Notes under the pieces: model-generated
What the model was told of the DNA's origin: nothing
The model's input: the letters and a program-made list of their open reading frames with translations, nothing else
The model's database searches: none
Made by a program: the position numbers and the translations under genes
Part shown: positions 1-11,203 of the stretch, one piece after another
How the letters are laid out: each line of letters opens with the position of its first letter
How positions within the stretch are numbered: the first letter of the stretch is position 1
NCBI GenBank assembly: GCA_038087875.1
Contig: JAXLNO010000599.1
Coordinates: 108,787-128,786, forward strand
Source of the DNA: Malacoraja senta
Taxonomy: Eukaryota
Direction: 5' to 3'
DNA: 20,000 bases

Positions 1-180
1 GTTTTAGTCTGGTTTCCTCCCAAAGACACATTGGTAGGTTAATTTACTACTGTGGCTTTGGCCACAGTGAGGATGCGTATGTGCGGGAAGGAAATAAGTG
101 GGAGGATGGGACCAAATTGAATGCTTGAAACGACAGTATAGACTTGGTTGGTTAACTTATCTCCTCTAGGTTGTAAATAA
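1..180 (+). mobile_element. Degraded 3' part of an HE1/V-SINE-like element
   Basis: GGTTTCCTCCCAAAGAC...GTAGGTTAATT resembles the V-SINE core, also seen inverted at ~3420-3470. Ends in an A-rich tail. Confidence 0.45.
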
Positions 181-1204
181 ATACGAGAATTTGAATTTAA
201 ACAAGGGCTTGCCATTTTGACTGCTTCTTTCACATCTTTCACTGCTTTCGCTAACTTTTTGTTCAATATCTTCGTGACTTAACACATGTGAACAATTTTC
301 TATGCTGGGAGAGCAACATTTAATTTACTGTGACACAAATATTGTCCTCTGCACTAAGTACCAATAGATCAAAACTTTGGCAAGTTTTCAAATTCAAAAA
401 AGAAGTGCTTCTGTTTTTAGACATTAAATGAGATAATTCCCACATATATCTTGTTTTTTTTGTAGCATTTCTTTGGAAAAAGAAATAAAAGGAATGCAGT
501 TGCTTGAAACTTGCACTGTCATGCCACTATGTGAATTCCAATACACTTTCATCACTCATTGTGTCTGACTCATTGTATTTGTTAATTATTAAATGTTATT
601 AAATGTTTTTAAATGCCAATACTAGAAATACAACTTAACATTGAAGTTTCATTTCTGTCCTGACACCCGCACGAATGTTAGGTCATACTTATCAGTACTG
701 GCTGCTAGTGGTGGAACTGGCCCAGGATGACATTGCAGAAACCACTGAGCACCACCCCTCTGCTCCAGACTTGGTGCTGCTCTGGTGGACTTTGATTGTG
801 CAATTTTCTGCAAATCTCCCTGATTTCAGGCTTGGTAATATGCCTGTTGAATCTGGCCTGCGTTAAATCTGGCACAAGGAGAGCCGTCTCCATTCAAGTG
901 AATGGAAGGCGTTTTGTATTCTTTAAAATTATTTATCTCAGTTAGTGTCAATGATTTTGATTGCTTGTTAATGCTGCAAGTGCTTTTTACTATTTTAAGT
1001 GGTAAAATGTTTTGAAATTTTTTAATTTTTAAACAATATTTTTTATATGAACTAAATGTATGGGAATATCGACACACAACATTAAATGGTCCAGGCTCTA
1101 CCAGCTGCGCCACTGCATCACCGTTCTCTGCAAACCTTCCAGCTTATTGACATCCTTTATATAGGATGATCAAAAATGACCACAATATTACAAATTTGGC
1201 TGAG

Positions 1205-2170
1205 CATCACAATAGAGATGAGTGCCACTGGTGGGTAGTCATTTAGGCATGTTACCTTGCTCTTCTTGGACACCAGTTTTATGGATGTCCTTTTAAACCA
1301 AGTAAGAACCTCATACTGTAGTAGTAAGCAGTTCAAAGATTCAAAGGTATTTTATTGTCATGTGTACCACATGAAACTCGATTTGAAGAATGTTTGTGAA
1401 AGCTCCAGCCAGTTGGTCCATGCAGGGTTTGAGCACGAGGCCAGTTACACCAACAGGATTGGACGTTTTCCAAGGGTTTACCTTCAAGAACAATCTTCTT
1501 ATGTTAGCCTCGGAGACTGAGATTACTGGGTCTTTGGGGGCTGTGGGAGCCTGTGAAGTTACAGTTTTGTTCTCCCTTTCAAAGCAAGCAGAGAAAGCAT
1601 TGTGCTTGACCAGGGGTGATGCACCAGACTCACCAGATCTACTCCACGAAGTGATGCTATGCAGGACCTGACACAATTTTGCATTTGCCTGAGCCTACAG
1701 CTTTGTCCGGAAGCATCCCTTTGCATTCTTGATGGCTTTTTTACAGATTTACCTGGACGTCTTCTCTGACTTTTGGATAAGCACATGGATATGCAGGGAA
1801 TGGCAGGATACGAATAATGTGCAGGCAGACAAAGGTTGGTCTTGGCATTATATTCGGCACAGACATTATGGGGTGAAGGGCCTGCTCCTGTGGCGTATTG
1901 TTCTAAGTTCTATGACTATGAATCGCCTGACTTGAATGCTGCAGATCTAGCCATCAGTAATTTGTGAATCTCCTCGTTCAGCCTTCTAGTCTGATAATAT
2001 TTGTATGGTCTGGGTAGTAACACACACCTCCACACATTTCGTTATGAAGCCAATAATAATAATGCCACATTTGTTCAGGTCTGTTGTTGAGTCCTTGAAC
2101 ATTGCTTAGACTATTGAGTTCTAGCAGTCATGAAGTCACTCCTTTGCTTCCCATGAGTAGCTCAGTATAA
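1205..2170 (-). mobile_element. Decayed Rex1/Babar-clade LINE fragment (linker and start of RT), with small internal insertions
   Basis: Minus-strand peptides RRLFLKVNPWKTSNPVGVTGLVLKPCMDQLAGAFTNI and VSKKSKVTCLNDYPPVALISIVM match the Rex1-type motifs VNPRKAAGPDG..VLKACADQLAGVFTDIF and KKSKVTCLNDYRPVALTS. Contains frameshifts and stops. Confidence 0.75.
1769..1910 (+). mobile_element. HER1/CR1-like LINE 3' end inserted into the Rex1 relic
   Basis: TTGGATAAGCACATGGATATGCAGGGAATGG...GGCACAGACATTATGGGGTGAAGGGCCTGCTCCTGTG resembles the elasmobranch CR1/HE1 3' tail. Confidence 0.6.
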
Positions 2171-3289
2171 TCGTCTTTGCCGGATCGCAGGGAGAAGGTG
2201 CAAAGCCAGGTGCTCCACAGAGAAACAGAAGAGTATTGATTAAAGGCATGGCCACTGAAGTAAAGCTGAATGTCAAACTTAATATTATTAAGGTTGGAAC
2301 TAAAACGATGATGGTTAGACTTCCACTGAGAATCAATTACCAGTCAGAGTAAAGATCACAACAGATAGACAAAACACTGCAAGGAACTGCAAAGAGTTTG
2401 TATCAGTAGAATGTGATAGGAACGAGAGATCTGGAGGTGTGCTTTAGTACAAGAGTTGTTCAATTCGCAATCCCTAATACCTGGCAAGAAAAAAAAATGT
2501 TGTTACAGCACTGGAAGAGATTGAGGATGAAATTAAAAAGTGGAGCAGGACTGCTTTCACAGAATGCTGAAGGGAGAGGTCAGAACATGCATGTGCAAAC
2601 ACATTCATCTCAAAATGACATTAGAGTGATGTTCAGGGAATGCTGAATATCTTAGAGATATTTGTAATCTGTTGACAGAAAGATTAAGGATACAAAATCT
2701 TACTATGTTTTATATAAGAATAAATACAAAACTGTCACACCTTCAAAAAGATGGCAGGAAAAGTCCCAGTGATGGCACCATTTTCTATATCTAGTGCATG
2801 TACATTGCACAAATATGTAGGCTATAAAATGTAGCCTAACAACCTGCTCCAAATTTACTGCTGACTGAGGAACATTCATGGGTTGTTCCTTTATTGCCTA
2901 TTATATAATCAACATGGAAACACAGTCAAGATATAATTTGCAAATTCTATCTTGGTTATGTTTACATTTTAAAGATATTTATAGATACAACTTAAGAATT
3001 CAATATAGCTGGATTTGCATGGTCACTTATTGATGCACAAGAATGGTTGAAGAATGGTCCATCGTTGTCATCAACAACCTTTCTCCTATTAAATCAGCAA
3101 TAGATATTGCAAATATATTGTAAATAATTGATGTTCCAAGGTTATTTCCCTAAAGAATTGTGTCGTGTGAATATCTTTTCTCTGGGTTACAATGTTTATA
3201 GGAACTTCATGACAGAATCTCTGTCAGGGGGTCGTTTGAGCTTCTTGTGTTTCACGCCTCTTTGCACTCTTTCAAAATAATTAGTTTTT

Positions 3290-3596
3290 GAGAGATTGCA
3301 TGGAAACAGGCCCTTCGGCTCACCAAGTCCACGCCGACCATTGATCAGCCCCTTCACAATAGATCTCTGTTAACCCGCTTACGCACCTAATCCCTATACC
3401 CTAGGGTGAATTTACAAAGGCCAATTAACTCACACGTCTTTGGGATGTAGGAGAAACCCAGTGCATTTGGAGCAAACACACGCAATCACAGGGGAACCAT
3501 GCAAACCCCACATAGAGAGCAGCTGAGGTCAGGATTGAACCCGGGACCCTGGTGCTGTGAGACAGCAGCTTTACCAGCTGTACCACAGTGCTGCCC
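3290..3596 (-). mobile_element. Near full-length HE1/V-SINE-like tRNA-derived SINE
   Basis: The reverse complement starts GGGCAGCACTGTGGTACAGCTGGT (A box) then GGGTTCAATCCTGACC (B box), followed by the V-core and a CR1-type tail (CCGAAGGGCCTGTTTCC). Confidence 0.8.
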
Positions 3597-3734
3597 ATAA
3601 TTAGTTGGATGTTAGAAACATGCAAAAAACATTTACTCCACAATTTGTTGTGACATTCAACAATTGTGTCACAATGTTTTAAGAATGAAGAGTAAAATGC
3701 TGGCCTACCTATCCATCACGTATACAGTATGCAT

Positions 3735-3823
3735 GGGCAGCACAGTGGCACAGCGGTGGACGTGCTGCCATATAGCGCCAGAGACCTTGTTTTCATCCTG
3801 ACCTGTACAGAGTTTGTATGTTC
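3735..3823 (+). mobile_element. 5' fragment of an HE1/V-SINE-like SINE
   Basis: GGGCAGCACAGTGGCACAGCGGT...GCGCCAGAGACC...ATCCTGACC; truncated where the Gypsy sequence begins. Confidence 0.7.
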
Positions 3824-3825
3824 TA

Positions 3826-4316
3826 GACCGTGGGCCGAGGTAATAGATGGGCCAAGCCATGAACCAGATCGAAAACCCGGTGACGCTAAGCTGCATGAAG
3901 GATGGGTCTTGTCTGACCAGTCGACACGTCACAGAGAACCGTGGCACCAGCATTACCAAAACGCACATCCTCCAAAACCAAACCAGAAATAGTGGTGCGG
4001 TAGGCGAGCACCTCATCATCGTCACGCTGCGCAGCCGCCAGTGCAGTATAATCAATATTCGGAGTCACCTCATGGATAGCATGGATGGCGGTGCGGGACA
4101 ATGCATCCGCAGGCAGGTTGCTCTTCCCCGCAATGTGCCGGACGCAAGTTGAGTATTCCGACATGTAAGCCAAATGGTGCTGCTGCTGTGCTGACCAGGG
4201 ATCCAAGATCTTTGCAAATGCGAAAGTAAGAGGCTTGTGATCCATGAAAGCAGTAAACTCCCTGCCCTCGAGAAAATATCGAAAATAGCGAACGGCCAGG
4301 TAAAGCGCAAGGAGCT
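3826..4316 (-). pseudogene. Ty3/Gypsy pol relic, segment 3: RNase H C-terminus, linker and start of the integrase zinc finger
   Basis: DHKPLTFAF...HIAGKSNLPADALSR, CDVSTGQTRP, and VFDLVHGLAH in a shifted frame. Confidence 0.85.
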
Positions 4317-5877
4317 ATATCACTTCTAAATACGGATCAGAAAATCTTAGCAAAGATTCTAGCAAGAAGACTGAATAATTATATTAACAAATTGGTAAAC
4401 CCGGATCAAACGGGATTTATACCCAAAAGACAATCATTTAATAACTTGAGAAGGCTTTTCAATATAATGTACTCTCACAAAGAGGACATTGAAGATATTT
4501 CAGTCGTTACGCTGGATGCAGAGAAGGCATTTGATCAGGTAGAATGGCAGTATTTATATAAGGTACTCCAAAATTTTAATACGGGAGAGAATTTTATTAG
4601 ATGGGTTAAACTACTTTATGATAAAGCTACGGCAAGAATATTAACTAATAATATGTTATCTCCAAAAATTTATTTATCAAGGGGTAATAGGCAGGGTTGT
4701 GCCTTATCACCATTGCTATTTGCCCTTATGATAGAACCGCTGGCTGAAAGGATTAGAAATCATCCGAATATTTACGGATATACCACTAAGTACTCAAAGA
4801 ATAAAATTTCATTATATGCTGATGATATTCTTTTATATATTACTAATGCACAAACGAGTATCCCCACCTTATTAACACTAATTGAGGAATTTGGTTCTTT
4901 TTCAGGATATAGAATAAATTGGAATAAAAGCAAAATTATGTCTTTAAAACCACAGGATGCGAGACACTTATTAAAATTCCCTTTCAAAATTGCAACAGAA
5001 AAATTCAAGTATTTAGGTATTCAAATTACGAGAAGACACAAATCATTATTTAGCACCAATTTTATGCCACTATTAAATAAACTGAATGTTATGATTAAAT
5101 TTTGGAAAACGCTCCCACTCTCATTGATAGGTAGAATTAACGCTATAAAAATGACTTTCTTACCACAATTAATATATTTGTTTCAAGCGATCCTAATATA
5201 TATTCCGAAATATTTTTTCAAAAAACTAGATTCTAATATCACTAATTTTATATGGGATTATAGAGCACACAGAATTCAACGAAAGCATTTGTGTAAACCT
5301 AAAGAAGTTGGGGGTTTATCACTACCTAACTTTACGTATTACTACTGGGCAGTGCATATTAAAAACATAATGTACTGGTTGGATAGTTCCACTCACCAGT
5401 CGGAGTGGATAAGAATGGAGAAAGAGGAGTGTTTCCCGTACGATATAGGAACGATCTTGTTCTCACCGATAAAATTCAATAGTATAATATATAAGAAGAA
5501 CCCAATTATTCACAATACAATAAGAATTTGGAAACAAATAAAATTATCCTTGAAATTAAATAATCTATCAGTACTAACCCCAATATTGAACAATCCTGCA
5601 TTCAAACCATCTCTTATCGACAAAACATATAAACAATGGGATAGACTGGGGATTAGGAAAGTAGGAGATATGTATGAATTGGGCAAATTGTTATCATTTC
5701 AACAATTAAAATTAAAATTTAAACTGAATGATAATCAATATTTTAAATATATACAGATATGTGACTTTATGAAGAAATATATACATAGATTTCAAACTAT
5801 ATTTTTAGACCCTTTAGAAGAAGCAATGAATATTAAGGCTGATTCACAAAAACGAATATCATATTTTTATAATAGTA
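4317..5877 (+). CDS. L1 ORF2 part 1: reverse transcriptase domain, 5'-truncated (no endonuclease)
   Basis: ISLLNTDQKILAKILARRL, QTGFIPKR, LDAEKAFDQVEW, GNRQGCALSPLLF, YADD, KYLGI. Stop-free up to the Helitron junction. Confidence 0.92.
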
Positions 5878-6184
5878 CTAGACCAAGTGCAGACCCGTTG
5901 GGTCTGGACACCGAACGTGCGTTTGCGGGTGGGCGGGGGGGGGGGGGGCTGTGGCATCACACTAACCACCCCCTTTCCTCCAAAGCACGGTTGCGGGGTG
6001 GGAATCTGGCACCCACAAACACACACACTCATCACACCCCTTGATATTATCTTAATTTTTAAATTTTATTCTTTTATCCCATCTTCACCCTATCCACTGA
6101 CGAATAGCCCTCACCTCTCAGGTGCGTCTCGAGGGGGGGGGGCAGAGAGTGAAAATGTAATGTTATTTTAAAAAAAAATTGTGA

Positions 6185-6351
6185 TGAGGGGGAGGAGGAG
6201 GGTGGAGAGGAAGGGGGGAGAGGAAGGTCGGGAGAGAGGAGGGGGAGAGAGGAGAGGGGTGGTGAGAGGAAGGAGAGGATGGGGGAGAGAGGTGAAGGGG
6301 GGGTTGGAGCGGGCGTGCATGAGTTGAGCCGCGGGCTGTGAAGCGAGAAGG

Positions 6352-6395
<44 letters not shown>

Positions 6396-6410
6396 GAGAG
6401 ACTGAGAGAC
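6185..6410 (+). repeat. G/A-rich polypurine tract with (GA)n microsatellite at ~6353-6393
   Basis: Direct reading of the sequence. Confidence 0.9.
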
Positions 6411-6411
6411 T

Positions 6412-6628
6412 GGTACACAAAAAAAAGCTGGAGAAACACAGCGGGTGCAGCAGCATCTATGGAGCGAAGGAAATATGCAACTCTTTTAGCCGAAACCCAT
6501 CCTCAGACGGGTTTTGTCCCGAAACGTTTCCTATTTCCTTTGATCCATAGATGCTCCTGCACCCGCTGAGGTTTTGCAGTTTTTTTTTGTGTACCTTCGA
6601 TTTTCCAGCATCTGCAGTTCCGTCTTAA
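6412..6628. repeat. Fold-back palindrome P1 (~90-bp arms), probably Penelope-derived
   Basis: GGTACACAA...CAGCGGGTGCAGCAGCATCTATGGA pairs with TCCATAGATGCTCCTGCACCCGCTG...TTGTGTACC (6412-6595). The right arm extends to TTAA at 6628. Confidence 0.8.
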
Positions 6629-6729
6629 AGACAGAGAGACTGTTGGCGGGCTGTTTTCCCAACGCGCATTTGTGGGAAGGGGGGGGGCTGCGGCATCACA
6701 CTCACACTAACCACCCCCCAAACACAGGC

Positions 6730-7230
6730 GGGGAGAAGAAGACGGGGTGGGGAGAGAAGAGGGGAGAGGGAGACGGGGTGGGGAGAGAAGAGGAGAGGGG
6801 GAGGGAGGGGAGAGGGGGAGCAGGAAAGGGGAGAGATTGGTGAGGGAGAAGAGAGCAGGGTGGGGGAGAGGGAGGGGGAGGAGAGTGGGGAGTGGTAGGA
6901 GAGCGGGGAGGGCAGGAAGGGGGGAGAGGGGTGGAGGGGATGTTAGAGGTGGAGAGAGGGGATGAGGGGAAGGGGATGAGGGGAAAGGGAGAGGAGTAGG
7001 GGGAAGAGAGGGAGAGAGGGAGGGTTGAGGGAGAGAGGTGGGGGAGGGAGAGGGGAAGAGTGGGGAGTGAGGGGCAGAGGGGTAGCAGGGAGTGGTGCAA
7101 GAGAGAGGGGAATGGGGTGGGGTGGAGATGGGGGTGAAGAGGGGTAGTGGAGGGGGAAGAGAGGGGGTGGGAGGGGAGGGAGAGGAGAGAGGGGGAAGAG
7201 TGGGGAGGGAGAGTGGAAGTAGGAGGGGTA
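6730..7230 (+). repeat. ~500-bp G-rich polypurine tract (G4/triplex-prone)
   Basis: Dense G3+ runs. Alignable copies at ~15090-15590 and ~16190-16660. Confidence 0.9.
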
Positions 7231-7245
7231 GGGACAGTCCATCTG

Positions 7246-7690
7246 TTCCCCATTCCCTATCACCCCAAATCCTCTTTCTCTATTCCCACACACGTGACGA
7301 CACCCTTCGACAGAGGATGCGGGGGTGGGGGGAGGGGCTGGGGCTGTGGCTTTTGCAAAGGCATATGTAAATGGATCCATTCCGATTTGTCATCTGTGAG
7401 CATTGGGCATTGTGACATCACAAAACAGAACCTTCATTAACATTCTATTGCTGAGAGCTGTTTTTTTAACATTTTGAAATTTCCCCATTCCCTATCACCC
7501 CCACACACGTGACGACGCCCTTCGACACAGACTGTGGGGTTCGGGGGAGGGGCTGGGGCTGCTGCAAAGGCATATGTAAATGGATCCATTCCGATTGGAC
7601 ATGTGTGAGCATCGGGCATTGTGACATCACACAATGGAAACTTCACTAACATTCTATGGCTGAGAGCTGTTTTTTTAAACATTTTGAAAT
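7246..7690 (+). repeat. Tandem duplication of a ~210-235-bp module c/c' inside Helitron A
   Basis: TTCCCCATTCCCTATCACCCC...GCAAAGGCATATGTAAATGGATCCATTCCGATT...GGGCATTGTGACATCAC...AACATTTTGAAAT occurs at 7246-7480 and 7481-7690. Confidence 0.9.
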
Positions 7691-7925
7691 GTTGGGGGGG
7701 GGGAGAAGTATTTTATTATAAAAAGTGTACATAAACACGATCAAATTTAATCAGGAGTGGCTATTTGTAAAGATAAATGAAATCTCTTTAGAAATGGTAA
7801 AAAATATCGGCGTTTCCGCGTGCGGTGTGGGCCTAGGGCCGTATCAAAGAGGCTTGGTGGCACAAGTCAGGCGGACTGCCGGACGGATGGCAGCCACAGA
7901 GTTTTAATATAATATAGAAGATAGA

Positions 7926-8551
7926 TATTAAATAGAGAATTACCCTCAACAGAGGCACTAAGAGAAGATTGGGAACATGAACTAATGGTAAAGATCCCGA
8001 AAGATAGATGGGAAAAGTATCTGATGAACACACATAATTGTTCCATTAATGCAAGACATAATTTAATTCAATTTAAATTATTACATAGACTATATTATTC
8101 AAAAACGATGTTGAATACATTCTACCCAAACGTCTCTCCCAGATGCGATAAATGTTTGTTTCAAAATGCCAATATAACACATTCATTTGTAGGATGTACA
8201 AAGTTGAATAAATTTTGGAGCGATATATTTGATATATTTACAAAGCTCTTCAAGTCAAGAATAGAACCTAATACGGAATGGATTATATTTGGAATAATAG
8301 TAGAAGATATCAATTTAAACAAAGACCAAAAAGTATTCTTTAATTATGGGTTAATAATTGGAAAGAAATTGATACTTACATTTTGGAAAAATACAGCTAT
8401 ACCAACTATTAAAATGTGGATTAGGAATATGACGGACATAGCACACCTTGAAGAAATGAGACTCCGCCTAATAGATAAATATGACCAATTCTTAAGGAGT
8501 TGGTCCCCTTTCCTCGACTTTTTGGAATCATGTGATGCAGCACTACCGTAA
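7926..8551 (+). CDS. L1 ORF2 part 2: C-terminal Cys/His-rich domain
   Basis: QFKLLHRLY, CDKC...HSFVGC (CCHC-like), FLRSWSPFLDF*. In frame with part 1 once the Helitron is removed. Confidence 0.9.
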
Positions 8552-8695
8552 AGATTACTGAATTCAGGTCAGGTCGTGGATAGATTTACATCTCCGAACA
8601 AAGATTTGAAAATTTCTTTTTTAAGGGCCTTTTTCTACTATTTCTACTTTCTACTTTTTCTTTTCTTATATACACACTTCACGTTTTTCTATTTT

Positions 8696-9162
8696 CTTTT
8701 TTTTTAAATTTATTTATTTTTTAATTTGTATTTTATTAGAAGTACATTACATTACAACCACATACATTAGTACTTGTCATTTATATCTTCTTACAATTAA
8801 TGTACTCCATTTATTTTTTACACTAGAAAAGGAAAAGATTGAAAGAAAGAAGAAAGTGAAGGAAAAAGTGAAAGTGTAGGAAATGTGACAACAAAAAAGG
8901 ACGAAGACCCTATAAGAGCAAAATTAAAAACAAAAGAAAAAGAGTTAAGAAATAGACCCTAGGAAAGAAAGAAAGAGAGAAAGAGGAAAAAGAGAGAAAC
9001 AAATATTTTTATGAGCATTACGTAAATGGGACATACCAACTCTTCAACTATCATCCCCCCTTACCTGACCTCAATTTTTTTTTTTTTTAAGTACTTTTGC
9101 ACCCTATGTTTGTAATAATTCTATAAATGCAGACCACGTCAGGTGGAAATGATCTGGTTTTG
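8696..9162 (-). mobile_element. Antisense 3' end of a second L1 family inserted in the L1 3' UTR
   Basis: Poly-T followed by TTTTATTAGAAG (reverse of CTTCTAATAAAA). Minus-strand peptide KPDHFHLTWSAFIELLQT* resembles the host ORF2 end. Candidate TSD TCTATTTT at 8688-8695 and 9163-9170. Confidence 0.75.
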
Positions 9163-9353
9163 TCTATTTTTTACTATCTATTTTTCCTCTTTTTCTTCTC
9201 TCTAATTTTTGTTTTTTTTACTTCCTTTTCAAAAACATAAAACTAGAGGTTGTACATAGAATGTATTACATTATGACATAGTTGGCACCTAAAATTAGGT
9301 ACCACTGTATTGTTTTGTATTGTATTAACTTCTAATAAAATAAACAAAAAAAA

Positions 9354-9593
9354 TAAAGCGCAAGGAGCTCCCGATCAAACGCAAAGTACTTCCGCTCAGC
9401 TGGGCTCAGGTGCCGACTGAAAAAGGCGAGAGGCTGCCAGCGCCCATCCATCAACTGCTCGAGTATGCCCCCTACAGCAGTGTCAGAAGTGTCAACCATC
9501 AGGGCAGTCGGAGCATCAACTCGCGGTTGGGCCAACATCGTCGCATTCGCCAGCGCCTCCGTTGCGCCCTCAAACGCAGCCGTGGCCTCATCA
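9354..9593 (-). pseudogene. Ty3/Gypsy pol relic, segment 2: RNase H N-terminus
   Basis: MLAQP...LMVDTSDTAVGGILEQ...WQPLAFFSRHLSPAERKYFAFDRELLALY. Joins segment 3 across the L1 TSD. Confidence 0.88.
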
Positions 9594-10025
9594 AGCTCTT
9601 ATTTGTTTACAAAGCCCTTAACGGGCTTGCCCCACCCTATATCAAAAATCTTCTAACCAACCATTCTACCTCCAGGTCCCTCAGGTCGGCCGACTTGGGG
9701 CTACTGACTATCCCGCCGTCTAGGATTAAACTCAGGGGTGACCGCTCTTTTGCGGTTGCAGCACCTAAACTGTGGAATAGCATCCCACTCCTCATCAGAA
9801 CTGCCCCCAACATCGACTCCTTTAAGTCGCGACTCAAAACCTATTTCTACTCCCAAGCATTTTTGAGCTCCTCTGATGGGGCACTGTAAACAGTTTATGT
9901 GTGTATTGTTAGGTCTGTCTACCGTTGTATGTATCAAATTAGTACCTGCACAGATGTGAAGCACTTTGGTCAACGTGAGTTGTTTTTAAAGGTGCTATAC
10001 AAATAAATGTATTATTATTATTATT
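9594..10025 (+). mobile_element. L2-clade LINE 3' fragment with (ATT)n tail
   Basis: LLFVYKALNGLAPPYI...RSLRS...GDRSFAVAAPKLWNSIP...FKSRLKTYFY. Candidate TSD ATCA at 9590-9593 and 10026-10029; removal restores Gypsy LLWDDEATAAF. Confidence 0.88.
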
Positions 10026-10359
10026 ATCATCCCAAAGCAGGTCACGCCGCTTGCTGGACATGAACCTAAACAATGGCCGCATAATCCCAGTAGCCGCGGG
10101 CACGAACAATGGTAAAAATTGACCATCCTGACAAATTCCTGCAGGCCACGCACCATGGATGGTCGAGGAAAATGCCGAATGGGGTCAACCGTACTCGGGA
10201 GCGGCACCACCTCCTGTGGTGTAACAGTGCCCCAGAAAAGTGATAGAACTCAGACCAAACTGATACTTTGCAAGGTTGACGGCCAGTCCATATTCACTGA
10301 GACGCTGACACAGCAAATGGATGTGGGCGCAGTGCACCTGACGAGAGCGACTGGTGACG
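10026..10359 (-). pseudogene. Ty3/Gypsy pol relic, segment 1: RT C-terminal part
   Basis: QRLSEYGLAVNLAKYQFGLSSITFLGH, then VPLP...FPRPSMVRGLQEFVRMVNFY. Frameshifted. Confidence 0.8.
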
Positions 10360-11130
10360 GTCCTAAACTTACCCCCCTTAGTCTGGTTCAGTCAAACACC
10401 GAATACGAGCACTGGAAATCCAACTCTCTTTTATTACACAATACCAATACTAATACAATACCTAATCCAATACCGCGCGTCCGATTCTTGTCTCTACTTA
10501 TTCGAGCCCAACTTATTCGAGCCTCGGCAAATAGAACAAACCCCAGTAGATCAGCACATTCCAATGTGCTCTCCAGAAGATCGGCACATCCCAATGTACT
10601 CTCCCCTCTTTTATACCTTTGCAGCCCTTTGGCGCGAAAATACATGGGGGGGGAGGGGGCAACCCCTACAAGCCAATTATCGATAAGGGTTACAAAATAC
10701 ATTGAATGACAGTTCCCTAACCCAATCATAAAATATCACATAACATAGTTTCAACATAAAGCAATAAGGGGGAAACAATTCTATTAGGTAAAGAAACATT
10801 CTCCCACGTAAAGTAAACATCTTGGGTAAGGCCCTCTCCTGGACCAATCATAATGAGCGGCGGGAAGACTATGCAACATAGTCTGCAACATTATTGTAAC
10901 CTATCATTTCCCCAACCAATCCCAAGCATGCATTTGCAACAGGACCTAGCTCCTTCTGCAAAATCTCATACATAATAACAATTAAAGGCCATCTGGACAT
11001 CAACCTCTATTCAATCCCTTCCCAGGCCACAGACTCTCTGGAGTCGTGATCCTCATGGACTTTACAGCTTTTGCAAAATATGACAAGCAGGTTTCACAGA
11101 ATCAGAAATCCTCCATTTTGTCAAGCTCCC
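10355..11130 (-). mobile_element. Possible LTR-like element, far boundary unresolved
   Basis: On the minus strand, TATAAAA (10609-10615) precedes AATAAA (10430-10435) and the segment ends GGACCGTCA at the Gypsy breakpoint. ~27-bp direct repeat at 10548-10604. Confidence 0.4.
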
Positions 11131-11132
11131 AA

Positions 11133-11200
<68 letters not shown>
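11133..11200 (+). repeat. (AATC)17 microsatellite (L2 tail)
   Basis: Perfect repeat, read directly. Confidence 0.95.

Positions 11201-11203
<3 letters not shown>

Larger units (their letters stand above)
5878..7925 (-). mobile_element. Non-autonomous Helitron A (2,048 bp)
   Basis: Minus strand begins TC (7925-7924) and ends CTAG (5881-5878). Subterminal hairpin CAGACCC-GTT-GGGTCTG at 5890-5906. Inserted between A5877 and T7926 with no TSD; removal restores the L1 frame. Confidence 0.9.
4317..9353 (+). mobile_element. 5'-truncated L1-clade (L1/Tx1) LINE with 16-bp TSD, carrying two nested insertions
   Basis: TSD TAAAGCGCAAGGAGCT at 4301-4316 and 9354-9369. AATAAA at 9334-9339 followed by an A-rich tail. 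RT ORF present. Confidence 0.93.

Noticed and set aside
190..3280. Possible host exons at ~190-290, 700-900, 2165-2260 and 3190-3270
   Set aside because: No recognisable protein motif or convincing paired splice sites. Cannot be excluded without RNA-seq or homology search.
3520..3800. tRNA genes
   Set aside because: The A/B boxes belong to SINE heads; no cloverleaf could be formed.
4317..5877. Retron, DGR or group II intron reverse transcriptase
   Set aside because: Motifs, CCHC-like C-terminus, polyA signal/tail and TSD are those of an L1-clade LINE.
5878..6044. C-terminal ~55 aa of the 550-aa ORF as genuine protein
   Set aside because: Read-through into Helitron DNA. The true L1 C-terminus resumes at 7926.
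6074..7440. Many Pro/Ser- or Gly/Arg/Glu-rich ORFs (also 13227-14214 and 15020-16812)
   Set aside because: Artefacts of stop-poor G/C-skewed low-complexity tracts; open in several frames on both strands.
10119..10729. 196-aa ORF and overlapping ORFs
   Set aside because: Antisense to Gypsy RT and running into LTR-like non-coding DNA; no domain recognised.
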